Origin: Octopus vulgaris
Lineage: Eukaryota
Assembly: GCA_951406725.2 (NCBI GenBank)
Contig: OX597837.1
Span: forward strand, 7,068,001-7,132,000
Direction of reading: 5' to 3'
Length of the DNA: 64,000 bases
The notes under the pieces are model-generated. The model was not told where the DNA came from. It did not search any database and saw only the letters and a list, made by a program, of their open reading frames with translations. The first letter of the stretch is position 1, and every line of letters starts with the position of its first letter. Of this stretch, positions 41,579-55,190 are shown piece by piece. The position numbers were made by a program, and so were the translations under genes.

Positions 41579-41780
41579 GATCACCGACTAGGCTATCAGA
41601 TGTTGGTACACATCGCTGGTCACAATGCGATTCGCATTGCTTTAGCCTTCAAATGACGCCACCCCGCTGGCTAAACGAGCAGGCCAACAGAAGAAAGAGT
41701 GACAGAAAGCTGTGGTGGCGAAAGATTACAGCAGGGATGGCCACCACCCCCTGCCGGAGCCTCGTGGTGCTTTTAGGTGA
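41575..41780 (-). mobile_element. 3' part of a third SINE family (R); its end is locally duplicated at 41402-41454
   Basis: The reverse complement resembles 46358-46535 and 63495-63800 (ccacgaggctccggcagg...ctttcgccacc). Confidence 0.65.
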
Positions 41781-42176
41781 GACAGAAAATAGAATTCAAG
41801 AGATATTATTCTGAAGCACTACTGTCGTTTCGACCCATCATGTGCCAGTACCTAACTGGTGGGATGCTGTACAATCAGCTGTCGTGCATTATCGATGCGG
41901 CATGTCACCTGTAAGGTATGGGTACATGATGAATGGAAACGATCATGGTGGTTCTGGATAAAGAATTTCGAAAATTCCATACTTTCTATCTCTCATCGGT
42001 TCTATATAAACTCTTCGGTCACAAGGGAGTTCCTAGTGTAAATAAATCCAGTGGCACATACATCTATATTGCTGTTGACACCAGGTAGCCTAATACTGTG
42101 GACAGGCTTTAAACAACGTAATACAAGGTGTATACCTGAATGTAAAGTTATTAATATACATATATATATATATATT

Positions 42177-42345
42177 TGCGATTAATTCTTGGTTTTTTAT
42201 ATAATTTTCATCTGTCTTGCCCGCATATTGTTCTGGTGTTAGCTGAATCTTTTTCTAGGAAACATTCTTTTCGTTGTAGTTTGATCGCCGGTGATCTACT
42301 TCTAGCATATGGCTAACCACATAGTGGTTTTTTAGCACTTTAAAT
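42177..42345 (+). mobile_element. Truncated relative of the 34264-34856 element
   Basis: Aligns to the reverse complement of about 34400-34540; lies between (TA)n tracts. Confidence 0.75.
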
Positions 42346-42383
42346 ATATATATATATATATATACACGCACACACAGACATAT

Positions 42384-42465
<82 letters not shown>

Positions 42466-42607
42466 GATTGATTCTAGTTTCAGCTTATGAGCTGTGGCCA
42501 TGCTGGGGCACCGCCATTAAAAATCAAGTTCCCATGCCGGGAATCGAACCGGCATGGGAACTTGTACTAAGTCTCTCTAAAAGAGAACACGGCAGCGTTC
42601 CCGGAAA

Positions 42608-43080
42608 ATAATAGTTATCGCCATACTAATATGGCATTCTTATAAAAATAAGAATAAAGCTGACCGCTTATTAGCTCCATGAGGCCATCGCCTTAAGTTA
42701 GCTATTTGATACACAAACTGTATCCATATAACCTTCGAACAAGAGAGGTCAGTCGCTCCACATTACCAATGTCTAAGTATTGTCCAAGACTAATTAGGTA
42801 CTTTTGAAAAATATCAAGCCATACCAAAATAAGCGAACCACAAACTATGAACCCACAAACACTTTGCATATTACAAGAATGAAAGACAACACAGAATAAT
42901 GAGGTTAAGATATGAGAAACTCACAAACGAGTGTGGAGCGACTGACCTCCCTTGTTCGAAGGTTATATGGATACAGTTTGTTTATCAAATAGCTAACTTA
43001 AGGCGATGGCCTCATGGAGTTAATAAGCGGACAGCTTTATTCTTATTTTTATAAGAATGCCATATTAGTATGGCGATAAC

Positions 43081-43132
<52 letters not shown>

Positions 43133-43328
43133 ACCACTGAACCTTCAAAAACTAACAGAAAACCAATGTCTAAGTATTGTCCAAGACTAATTAGGTACTT
43201 TTGAAAAATATCAAGCCATACCAAAATAAGCGAACCACAAACTATGAACCCACAAACACTTTGCATATTACAAGAATGAAAGACAACACAGAATAATGAG
43301 GTTAAGATATGAGAAACTCACAAACGAG
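42608..43328. repeat. A-B-A(inverted)-(TA)n-B duplication
   Basis: A = 42608-42762, inverted at 42932-43086 (155 bp, about 4 differences). B = 42765-42931, repeated directly at 43162-43328 (167 bp). Confidence 0.9.
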
Positions 43329-43788
43329 AGTAATATATGTGTACTCCCACCATCAGCTATAAATTAATCATGTCAATTGACGCTTCTATGAATATAGCAT
43401 ACTTAAGCGCAGTTGAAAAGTCAGTACCTGTGATTTTCGTTCGAAGAAATCCTTTTATAGTCGTATTAACACAATAAATTTCAGAGTTAGTCGAAATAAA
43501 TCGCCACAGAAGTGTCCACGTGGGCGACAGATATGTATTTCGCCGTTTTTGCAGTTTCTCAATGTCACATACAACAAGTCGGCTCGCGGCTTTGTGAATG
43601 AATGAAATTCGGCAGATGTAATCTGCAGGAGGGATGAGCTGTCGAATTGGCTCTGTCTCTAGTTCAAGTGCCAATTCTCACGCAGTACCGGCTGTAATTG
43701 GTGTGAAATGTTTCTTATCTATTTCTTCTAGGGAATGAAACACGAGGCCATCTTATCTGTTTCTTTCCCTCGATTTGGCAACATATAT

Positions 43789-43901
<113 letters not shown>

Positions 43902-44641
43902 GTATGAATGTATGTGTGTATGTATATATGTTTGTGTACATTCTGTCTGCGTTTATATGTGTGTATATATATATGCATATACATATATATATATATATAT
44001 GTGTGCATATTTATATATATATATATATATATACACATATATATATATACACATATATATGTGCATACATATATATATATATGTACATATCTATTTAGGT
44101 ATATACATATATATACATATATACACATATATATGTGCATACATATATATATGTATATATCTATATAGGTATACACATAGATATACATATATACACATAT
44201 ATATGTGTGTGTATATATATGAATGCAATATATATGTATGTATGCATGCATATATACATATATAAATACACACACACGCATACACACACATATTCCTATG
44301 AGTATATGTGCATGTGCATATTATGTGTGGGGTGTGTGGATTTCATTTGCTATAGTAAAATCATTTTCCACACAGCAATTCGATTACATTTTTGCTTTTG
44401 CAGAAATTTAACTTAATTACTGAGTAATTAGTTAATCAACGTCATGTAAATGATACAATCTATACCACATTCAGTCGTCAGTTGCGACGTTTAAGACTTC
44501 CGGATAAATTATTTAAACGAATTGAGAATTGCCGACAACAATTTGTAATTTTTAATGAGTCAATGCGTCACTAAACGCAAATATTTACGTATGTGTACGA
44601 CGAGGCTTAGAGTTATACGCGCGCACGTATACATATGTAAG

Positions 44642-44696
<55 letters not shown>

Positions 44697-44768
44697 TATA
44701 TGTATATATATATATTTAGTTATATATGCATATATATATATTGCATTCATATATATACACACACACAC

Positions 44769-44803
<35 letters not shown>

Positions 44804-44883
44804 TATGTGTATATATATAAGTGTGCGTGCGTATGTGTGTGTGTATGTATATATAAATATACACACACATATATATATACATG

Positions 44884-44956
<73 letters not shown>

Positions 44957-44982
44957 ATGCAAGTATATGCTTCAATTTATAA

Positions 44983-45385
44983 GTGTATGAGTGGCTGTGT
45001 GGTAAGTAGCTTGTTTACCAACCACTTGGTTCCGAGTTCAGCCCCACTGCGTGGTATCTTGGGCAAGTGTATTCTTCTATATCCTTGGGCCGACCAAAGC
45101 CTTGTGAGTGGATTTGGTAGGCGGGAACTGAAAGAAGTCCGTCCTATATATATGTATATATGTATGTGTGTGTATATGTTTGTGTGTCTATGTTTGTCCC
45201 CCACAACATCGCTTGACAACCGATGCTGGTATGTTTACATCATCGTAACCTAGCTATTCAGCAAAAGAGACCGATAGAATAAGTACTAGGCTTACAAAGA
45301 TTAAGTTCTGGGGTCGATGTGCTCGACTAAAGGCGGCGCTCCAGCATAGCCACAGTCATATGACTGAAACAAGTAAATGATTAAA
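44983..45385 (+). mobile_element. Near full-length family C tRNA-derived SINE
   Basis: A-box gtggctgtgtggt, B-box-like gagttcagccc, CORE-like atcttgggcaagtg, an internal microsatellite, and tail ...tgactgaaacaagtaaa. Confidence 0.9.
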
Positions 45386-45959
45386 AGAGTATGTACACAA
45401 CCACACGTGTTGGCGTTAATGTACAAATATGTTTGTGTGTATGTGTGTGTGTATGTATGTGTGTGTGTGTGTGTGTGCGTGTGTGTGTTGTTTTGCGTGT
45501 ATTTGTATGCGTGGGTATTTTAAAGCAACAAATATATATGTATATATAAACGCATAAACATAAATTTATATACATAGAAATATGTGAGTGAGTGCGTGTG
45601 TGTGTTTGTGTGTACAGAGAGGGAGAAGGTCGAGAAGGAAAGAAAAAGATAGGAAGGGAGATAAGTTGATGGCTAAAGTTTCGTGCGTGTGGATGTGTAC
45701 ATCTGTGTGTGTGCGTGTGCAGTGATATTTGAGTATATACATATGAACATGATTTCTGATTTTAGCACAAGTCGTGACATAAGCCGCGTGGTGTATATAT
45801 TCTGTTCCATAGACTCAGCGCTTGGTTCGTTTATGATTTATTTACAATAAAAGAGTAAAAGACAATACGCGACTCCTCTCCCTCGCTATGTCTCTTTCTC
45901 TCATCTTCCCTGCTTCTCTTTATCTTTCTTATTTCATTTTTGGCACTTATGTACATCCG

Positions 45960-46032
<73 letters not shown>

Positions 46033-46103
46033 TATATACATATATATATATATACATATATATATATACATATATACATATATATATATATACATATATA
46101 GGA

Positions 46104-46292
46104 CGCCATGATAGATCGTTAGCTCCTACACACATTTTTTTCTCTCCTTGTTTCTCTCCTTGTTTTTTTCTGTGTATCTTTCTGTCGAAGAGCGTAGGCT
46201 CGAAACGTTAAAGACTTTTTCTATTCTTGAGCGCTATACTAATTCATTTGTTTGTTTGTACTCTGCCTTCGTCTTTTGTTTATTTTCGTAAA
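46104..46292 (+). mobile_element. Family A element in (TA)n with a minimal HHR-like motif (46177-46214)
   Basis: TCTTT-CTGTCGAA-GAGC gtag GCTC-GAAA-CG-TT-AAAGA. Confidence 0.8.
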
Positions 46293-46357
46293 CTTTCCCT
46301 TTATATATATACATACATACATACATACATACATACATACATACATACATACTGTAT

Positions 46358-46535
46358 GTTTAGTAGTGGTTAAGACAGCGGACTCGCTGTCGAAGGATCA
46401 CGGTTTCGATTACCTGACCGGGCATAGTGAGTGTTTATTGAGCGAAAACATCTTAAGTTCAACGAGGCTCCGGCTGGAGGTGGAGACGAACCCTGCTGTA
46501 CGCTTTCACCACAACTTTCTCTCACTCCTTCTTCT
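46358..46535 (+). mobile_element. Family R SINE, degenerate
   Basis: agtggttaagacagcggactcgc...ttcgatt...gaccgggc matches the head at 63495. Confidence 0.7.
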
Positions 46536-47339
46536 TACATACATACATATATACACACACGTATATATATATATATAGATACATACACACACACACACAT
46601 ATATATATAGCAAGAGGGATAAAGAGAGGGAGAGAGAGAAGGTGAGGAGAGAGAGAGATAGCCTATATTTTCAGTGGCATCGAAATTTCGTCAATGGCTC
46701 CTACTTGCGGAACTTCGAAGTCACTATCAACAAAACTGAAATATAATGTTACCTCCACACGTGTATTATCTTCCTTTATTCAGCTAATGTTCGTTTATGC
46801 ATGTACGTGTAAGTATTTGTGCGCGCGTGCATGTGTGTGCAGGCGTGTGTTTGTCTTAGAGCTTTCAACAGAGATCGAACCATCATACCCCATAGGCTTA
46901 TGTCGTGGTGTGGAACTGGTGACGGGTTGAATAAATAAAAAAAAAAACCAATCTGTAGCAAACTCAAAAATGTAAAGAAACGCAATTGAACGCCGCAGGT
47001 TAGCAAGTTCAATGCTTTGCCAATACTGTCACGAATTAATATATAATTAAATTTAATACATAAATGAATTTAATATCTAATTAAATTTCACATGTAATTA
47101 AATATATTTGAAATTATTATAAAATCATTTTGCTTTGTTTTTTTATGTATGTTTATTTTTATTTTTTATATATTTATTCATTTATTTGGTGCTTTGTTCA
47201 CCTATGTTTGAATGGTAAACACATGTTTTGACAATATTCTTCAATTTGTTTAATTGAAGAAATATCGTAGGAACCGCTAGTGTGGCACCTAGAAATAGCA
47301 GCCAAACCAACCACATATATCCTCCTTGTTCTGTATTGC

Positions 47340-47415
47340 AGTGGTTCCCAATCAGCGCTGACCTGTACTGGGCCGTGAATCATTTTGCAACGGGCCGCAT
47401 AGAATGAATAAATGG
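47340..47415. mobile_element. Possible hAT/Charlie-like terminus
   Basis: Begins CAGTGGTTCCCAA with GGCCG sub-terminal motifs; the partner end was not found. Confidence 0.35.
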
Positions 47416-47423
47416 TTTAAATT

Positions 47424-47935
47424 GTATTGGGTTGTCCGGAAAGTTCGTGCCGATTTATAGCAGCTTACCTTTCGACTTATTTCAGAACATGGTCGAGTCC
47501 ATAAAATAGGATTTGACAACACCTCCACTTACAGCACAGTTTAAGCTATCTTTTCGTAGAAGAAGGTTTATGCTCCTATAACCTGTGTTAATTCTGTAAC
47601 CCTTTAAAATGGAAGATAAGAAAGTTCATTTTCGGCACTTGATGCTTTGAGAACCAGTGCAAAAATTGCTGCAGCTAGGCTGGGATGTGTTACCCCACCC
47701 TTCATATTCACCAGATATTGCTCCTTCGGATTTCCACTTATTCAGGTCTCTGCAGAATAGTCTTAATTGTAAAAATTTCAATTCCTTGGATGACGTAAAA
47801 AGATACTTTGATGAATTCTTTGCTATGAAACCTCCTCAATTCTGTGAAGAGGGTATTTTCAAGTTAAAGGAAAGATGGAGACGCATTGTGCAACAAAATG
47901 GTTCATATTTGGTTGATTAAAAATGTAATGGCATG
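47424..47935 (+). mobile_element. Internally deleted mariner element
   Basis: TIR-like tattgggttgtccggaaagttcgtgccg. An ATG at 47609 (MEDKKVHFRHLML) is joined to the C-terminal part LGWDVLPHPSYSPDIAPSDFHLF...W..IVQQNGSY. Confidence 0.9.
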
Positions 47936-49537
47936 TTGAGTACCAGATTATCTTCGCAATTTCGCGAAATTTCGAAGATAATCTGCTCTTCGACCGAGGA
48001 AAGAAAACTTCGAATGACCCGTCCTTATTTTCTTTGTATCGTCTATTTGGATGTTTTGTTGTCCTATTTTTGTATCACCTAACTATCCGGCTGTTTTGCG
48101 TTCTTGTCCTATTTTGTATTTAATAGAAATACCTGAAACGTTGTTCTCAAATCGGTCGGTATTTCTTTTACTGTTTCAGTGTGAGGTTGTATAATAAACG
48201 CGACTGGCGTTTACAATTGTCATGTGTGCCGAGTAAATCTTATTAGCCAATTAATAAATGAATTAATTTAATTTAATTTAATTTATGAACGTAGTTACGG
48301 CTAAAATCCTCGGATATAACGGAGTAAGACAGTAAAATTTAAAATGAAAGAGAATCACACAGACACAAACACACACACAGACACGCGCACATACATACAC
48401 ACAGACATATGTATAAATCTATGTGATGATGATGATGATGATGTGTGTGTGTGTGTGTGTGTGTGTCTGCATGTATCTGTTGAGACAGACGGACCAACAG
48501 GCAAGCAGGCAGACCTGCAGATAGATAAGCAGACAGATAGACAGACGGACAGACTGACAGACGGGCGGACGACTAGATAAAGATATACAGGTAAAGAGAG
48601 ATTATAATAGAAAGGGAAGAATGGAGGAGAATTGGAGATAAAGAAACAGAACGAAAGAGTATGGGAAAGAGAGAAGATGAGAGAGAGAGAGAGAAGAGAG
48701 AGAGAAAGAGTGAGAGAGAGAGAAAGAGTGAGAGAGAGAGAAAGAGTGAGAGAGAGACAGACAAAGAATGAGAATGAGAATGAGAGAGAGGTAGATAAAA
48801 ATATAGAGCGGAGGAGGGGGAAACAGATACGGTGAAAATAGGAAGAAAAAGGAAAGAGGAAAGAAGAGGTGATGTTAAATGAGGAGACAAAGAAAAACAG
48901 AGAAAGGGAGAGGAATAAAGCAAGATGAAGAAGAAGAAGAGATAGAGAGGAGGAAAGAGAGCAGTAAAGAGAGAGAGAGAGAGAGTAGGCGAAAGAAAGA
49001 CAAGAGCACAAAGAGAGAGACAGAAGAAGATTGGAGAGAAAGAACGAAGAGACAGGAGAGGGGAGGGTAAAGAGAGAAGGAAAGAAACGAAGGGCAGATA
49101 TAAAGGGAGATAAAAAAGGTGAGATGTGTGGAAACTGCGGCAGAAGTGAGAGGCAGAGTGTCATGAGGAGAGGTTAGAGGTGCGCATCTAAAGAAGAGAA
49201 TAGTAATGAATTTAGAAAGGAAAAACTAATCGATAATGAAATCGGAAAATCAAATCAACTAGTATCGACTGGCATCGCTTTTTTAATTTGACAGTTTCAT
49301 ACAAATTGGTTTCTGTTTCTGGCATATGTAGGCCATGTATACCATGAGTGTGTCTATGTATCTATCTATCTTTCTATCTATCTATCTATTTATCTAGCTA
49401 TGTGTATGTATGCATTATGTATGCATGTATGTATGCCAATGTATAACATGTGTGTGCTTGTCTATATATGTCAGTGTATGTGTGTGAAGGTATGCATTTG
49501 TTTGTGTGTGCATATATATATATATATATATACATAC

Positions 49538-49618
<81 letters not shown>

Positions 49619-49627
49619 CATACATAT

Positions 49628-49684
49628 GGATAGATAGATAGATATATAGATAGATAGATAGACAGATGGATAGATAGATAGATT

Positions 49685-49754
<70 letters not shown>

Positions 49755-49770
49755 AATATAAATAGATAGA

Positions 49771-49810
<40 letters not shown>

Positions 49811-49845
49811 TAGATAGATACATACATACATACATACATTGACAG

Positions 49846-49879
<34 letters not shown>

Positions 49880-49883
49880 AGGC

Positions 49884-49965
<82 letters not shown>

Positions 49966-50025
49966 GTAGGTAGGTAGGTAGGTAGGTAGGTAGGTAGGTA
50001 GGTAGGTAGGTAAGTAGGTAGGTAG
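49628..50025. repeat. (GATA)/(GACA)/(GGTA) compound tetranucleotide repeat
   Basis: Seen directly. Confidence 0.95.
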
Positions 50026-50260
50026 ATATGAACAAGAGAAATAGAGACGCAGTCAGGTAGGCCGGTAAAAAGATAGGTAGACTGAAGTGTAAAATAGGTT
50101 GCAGACGTAGACAAAATTGTATATGGAAGAAAAAAAGAAAAAGAAAATACCTGATAGAGAGATAGAAAAATTACCATATATGAGCATGTATGTGTAAGTA
50201 TGTATGTATGTATGTATGCATCACATATATATAGTTTTATACATATATATACTTATATGC

Positions 50261-50301
<41 letters not shown>

Positions 50302-50718
50302 CGTATATGTATATACATATGTATATATGTATATACATATATATATACATATATGTATATACATATGAAAAGTATACATACATACATATACATGTTTATA
50401 TATACATGTATGCATGCATGCATATATATACATATATGCATATATATATGTATATTCATATGTATATGCATATACATATATAAATGTATATGCATATATA
50501 TATACACCTGTATATATACATATATATGTACATATATATATACATATATATATGTATATGCATATACATATATATATATACATACAGATAGATACATATA
50601 TATATACATATATATACATATATATATACATATACATATATATATACATGCATATATATACATATACATACATATATATATATACATATATATATACATA
50701 CATATGTGTGTGTGTGTA

Positions 50719-50795
<77 letters not shown>

Positions 50796-51158
50796 GTATA
50801 GACAGATACTTAGAGAAGAGGAGAGAATGGCGAATGACTCACAGAGAAGCACCATTACCATTTCTACTCTTCAGAACTGGTGCCTTCGCTAAAATCGAAT
50901 CTTTCAACTAAGCAAAAATACGATTTCCGCTCTAAATAGCAAGTTCACAGCGTGGAAACCAGAAAGAAGAAGATTAAAAGAATGCCAAATATACATATTC
51001 ACTACAAATTCCAACGGTGATCTCTCCTTCTCTCTCTCTCTCTCTCTCTCTCTATTTTTCTCTCCGTCTTTCTCTCTCTTTCTTAATACTAACTCTATCT
51101 TTCGTTCGAACTGTATTTCTCTCGCTTCTCTTTCTGTATCGTTGTTTGATAGCATACA

Positions 51159-51250
<92 letters not shown>

Positions 51251-52292
51251 TGTATGTATGTACGTATACGTAATATATGTATGCTCATATACAAATATAT
51301 AAATATACTTAATTATGTATATTACATATACATTCGTATATATATATATGTGCATATACATATGCATATATATGCATATATAAATGTGCATATATGAATG
51401 TGCACACACATATATATATACAGACACATACATATTTAAATATGTATAAATAGATACATATATAAATACATAAATGTGTATGTATATATATACATTTATA
51501 TATTTATATATATTTATGTGTATATATATATATATTTATATATATATATACATATTTATATATACATACATTTACATATATGAATACGCATTAATATATA
51601 TGCATCACTGTATGCATATATCGAGAGACGCATACATGAATAAATACATACGTGTGTGTGTACGTGTATATATGTGTGTATGTATGTGTGTATGTACAAG
51701 TGTTAGGACGTAGTGTGTATCGGAAGAGCATTTTCATGTGCATATAAGCCGAAGCACGCGCACAAGCTCATCTTAATGCATATAAACGAAATCATTGCAC
51801 GTATATATGTGTATAGTACATATGTGTATGTGTGTGTGGGGGGGGAGCGTGCAAGCCGAGGAAGGCAAGCATATAATTAATATACTAATGTAAGTAACAT
51901 CCGCCACAGAAGCATATCGCGTTTGGTTTATTTGATATTCTGGTTAAAAGTACAGGCAAGAAAAGGCACCGACTGCAAGAGCGACAACAGCGACACCAAC
52001 CGGAACAATAGTAACTAAGATAGATAAACACAACAACAACAACAACAACGACAATAAAAAATATCATCAGAAGCAAAACAACCGACAAGAAGAAAAGAAA
52101 ATAACGACTGTTCCAAGAAAGAAGCTTCCGTGTGGTCTCTCGATTTGCTAGAAATAGAGTTCAAATCCTCTTTAATCGTTAATAATACGGAACAGACTTA
52201 AGCTGTATCTTAAAAAAACTGATATGTGTGAGTGTGTGTGTATATGCGTTTGTATGTGTGCATGTATTTGTATATATATATATATATATATA

Positions 52293-53032
52293 CTAGCAGT
52301 ATCGCCCGGCGTTGCTCAGGTTTGTAAGGGAAATAACTATAAAGCATTTTTAGAGAGTTATAGCCAAAAAATAGCAAAAAGATGGAAATTTTTTTTTAGT
52401 TAAAAAAGGTGGAGTTGCGTCCCCTAGACAGTTTCGGTTTGTTTCAGATTCTCGACCCCATGTCGAATTTATCGATTTTTTTCAGAACTGGGGGAACTTT
52501 TCAAAATTTTCGCTGCGTTAGTTTTGAATTATGACATTGGGCTATGTGTGTGTCAAGTTTCATCAGAATCGGTTGAAAGCCATGGTCAGGGTGAGGGTAC
52601 GAGAAAACAGACACACAGAAACACGCACAGACAAACTGCCGTTTATATATATACTAGCAGTATCGCCCGGCGTTGCTCAGGTTTGTAAGGGAAATAACTA
52701 TAAAGCATTTTTAGAGAGTTATAGCCAAAAAATAGCAAAAAAATGGAAAAAAATGATGGTAAATTTTTTTTTGAGAGTTAAAAAAGGATGGAGTTGCGTC
52801 CCCTAGACAGTTTGTGGTTCGTGTTTCTAATTCTCGACCCCATGTCGAATTTATCGATTTTTTTCAGAACTGGGGAAACTTTTCAAAATTTTGGCTGCGT
52901 TAGTTTTGAATTATGACATTGGGCTATGTGTGTGTCAAGTTTCATCAGAATCGGTTGAAAGCCGTGGTCAGGGTGAGGGTACAAGCAAACAGACACACAG
53001 AAACACGCACAGACAAACTGCCGTTTATATAT

Positions 53033-53035
<3 letters not shown>
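52293..53035 (-). mobile_element. Head-to-tail dimer of a non-autonomous Helitron
   Basis: Units 52293-52653 and 52654-53035. The minus strand starts TC (TCTATATATAAACGG) and ends with hairpin CCTGAGCAACGCCGGG plus CTAG. It sits between A and T with no TSD. Confidence 0.85.
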
Positions 53036-53097
<62 letters not shown>

Positions 53098-53099
53098 AA

Positions 53100-53312
53100 A
53101 TGTGACCTCGTGTGTACCGTTGGCGATTTTTTCCTCTGTCTTCCCTTCTCTGGATCTTTCCTTCTCCTATGTTTCCGACGAAGAGCTCCACTCGAAACGT
53201 TAAACCTTCCTTCTTTCCTTCTTTCCTGAGCGTCCAATAATACTATATTTGTTCCGCGTCCTCGCGTTGTTGTGTTTTTTTGTGTGCTTTCTTGTTTGGA
53301 TTAACTTTATAT
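53100..53312 (+). mobile_element. Family A-related element with an HHR-like motif (53171-53205)
   Basis: GTTT-CCGACGAA-GAGC tcc ACTC-GAAA-CG-TT-AAAC, followed by the shared tttcctgagcg block; in (TA)n. Confidence 0.7.
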
Positions 53313-53324
53313 ATATAAGAATCA

Positions 53325-53638
53325 TTACTGAACCGAGCGAAAGGCGTAGCGGTATTCCGTCTGCCGTTACGTTGTGAGTTCAAATTCCGCCGAGGTCGAC
53401 TTTGCCTTTCATCCTTTCGGGGTCGATAAATTAAGTACCAGTTAAGCACTGGGGTCGATATAATCGACTTAATACCTATGTCTGTCCATGTTTGTCCCCT
53501 CTATGTTCAGCCCCTTGTGGGTAATAAAGAAATAGGTATTTCGTCTGTCGTTTTTGTTCTCAGTTCAAATTCCGCCGGGGTCGACTTCGCCTTTCATCTT
53601 CTGAACACGGGTCAATGTAATCGATTTATCTCTTCCCC

Positions 53639-53640
<2 letters not shown>
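53325..53640 (+). mobile_element. Family M SINE plus a partial tandem unit
   Basis: The core gtcgactttgcctttcatcc occurs twice. Confidence 0.85.
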
Positions 53641-53674
<34 letters not shown>

Positions 53675-53699
53675 GGACGGACGGACGGATGGATGGATG

Positions 53700-53764
<65 letters not shown>

Positions 53765-54200
53765 CTAGATAGATAGATAGAGATAGACAGACAGGCAGAC
53801 AGACAGACAGATAGCTAGATCGATAGATAGATAGACAGACAGACAGACAGCCATGCATGTAGATTTGCATGCAGGTACGTATCGATGTATCTATGTATTA
53901 CAGTATCGATACGTATGCGTTTCATGTGTCTGCTAATATAATTATTTCCGCAGAAACAAGTGACTTAAAGATTCTCTTTCTTGTTTTGCAACCAATTAGA
54001 AGTGTTACATAAATATATTATACAGCTACATACATAATTACTCTACACTGAGTTAGTTTTAGTTTTCTCAAATGTGTTTGCTTTTAACAGTTTTTCAAAA
54101 CACCTGCCCAACTATCATTAATATGTAAATTAACTTAGGCACATGTAAGTTAATTACAATACCTTATTTTGATGTAAGTAATGATGTAGTGATAGAGTTG

Positions 54201-54605
54201 AGGGATCTTTTCGGTTTGAACGGCAGATTTTAACATAATTTCTAGGTAACTAAAAAATTTCAAATATCGTATACTGGTAGAATGTGTTTATAAAACATCT
54301 TTTTCTCTTGGCTTTATTGAGAAAATTCTATAGTTTATAAGATGTTTGTTGCTATTTTTCTTCAATTTCTGCAATTTCAACCAATCACTGACGTGTATTG
54401 AGGTGGAAAGCATTCTGTGCCGTATAAATATCTCCCTCGTTTAAGAAACAGATTGGGTTTATTTACATTTCTGAAGAAAAAAAGATACCCTTTCCTCCAC
54501 CCCTAACCCTAAAACAGATTGAAATGCAATAGATCGATACTAGGGTCATAATTATGGGTGACAATTTCATATGACACCGCTAGAAAAAACTGTCGTTCAA
54601 ACCGA
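54201..54605. mobile_element. MITE-like element
   Basis: Inverted termini tcggtttgaacggcag (54211-54226) and ctgtcgttcaaaccga (54590-54605); non-coding interior. Confidence 0.7.
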
Positions 54606-55154
54606 GTTGTGAGATTAAGCTTGACGTGATGACGGCTATAGACATAGAAACCGGACCCTCAGATCCACATTTATATATATATATATATATATATAGTCTG
54701 TGTGAACATATTTAAAAGAACAATTTATAAAAGAAACCGGTGTGTGCAACATAATGTGTCTACAAACGTAGAACAGTGTCAGTTGTAATATTTCGTCTAG
54801 AAGAAACTTCTTTAAAGAGGCTGTGCGTCTTACAAACACAGAGCTCTCTTAGACTGACGTCGGGAGAGTTTTAGACACCGGTGTTTTGACTTTATTTACC
54901 CACCTCAGTGACGAACATATTCTCGCATATTCTAAGTTCATTTGGAATCTTTATTTCACTACAGAAATCAGCAAACGAAATAGCCAAGCTACAATTAAAA
55001 CAATATATGTTCATGCAACACCATTAGATTTTTAAAAAACAGTGTAAATAACATAATATATATACAACGGCTTATTACGGATTAAATAGGAACAACATGG
55101 AAACAGGTTCTTCTTGTACCACTAATATGTGGAAAAATTAGGGAGGAAGTTCCG

Positions 55155-55190
55155 TAGCGAGCCATTTCAAGGGTTGACCGTTCCTCAGAT
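55155..55190 (-). ncRNA. Degenerate hammerhead-like motif
   Basis: Minus strand reads CTGAGGA-acggtcaaccctt-GAAA-tggctcgc-TA; stems are imperfect. Confidence 0.35.

Noticed and set aside
41816-41845. Minus-strand GCAC-ATGATGG-GTC-GAAA-CGACAG-TA-GTGC hammerhead-like remnant
   Set aside because: Two core changes and no stem II; suggestive only.
54501-54512. Telomere-like CCCTAACCCTAA
   Set aside because: Only two units, inside a MITE.
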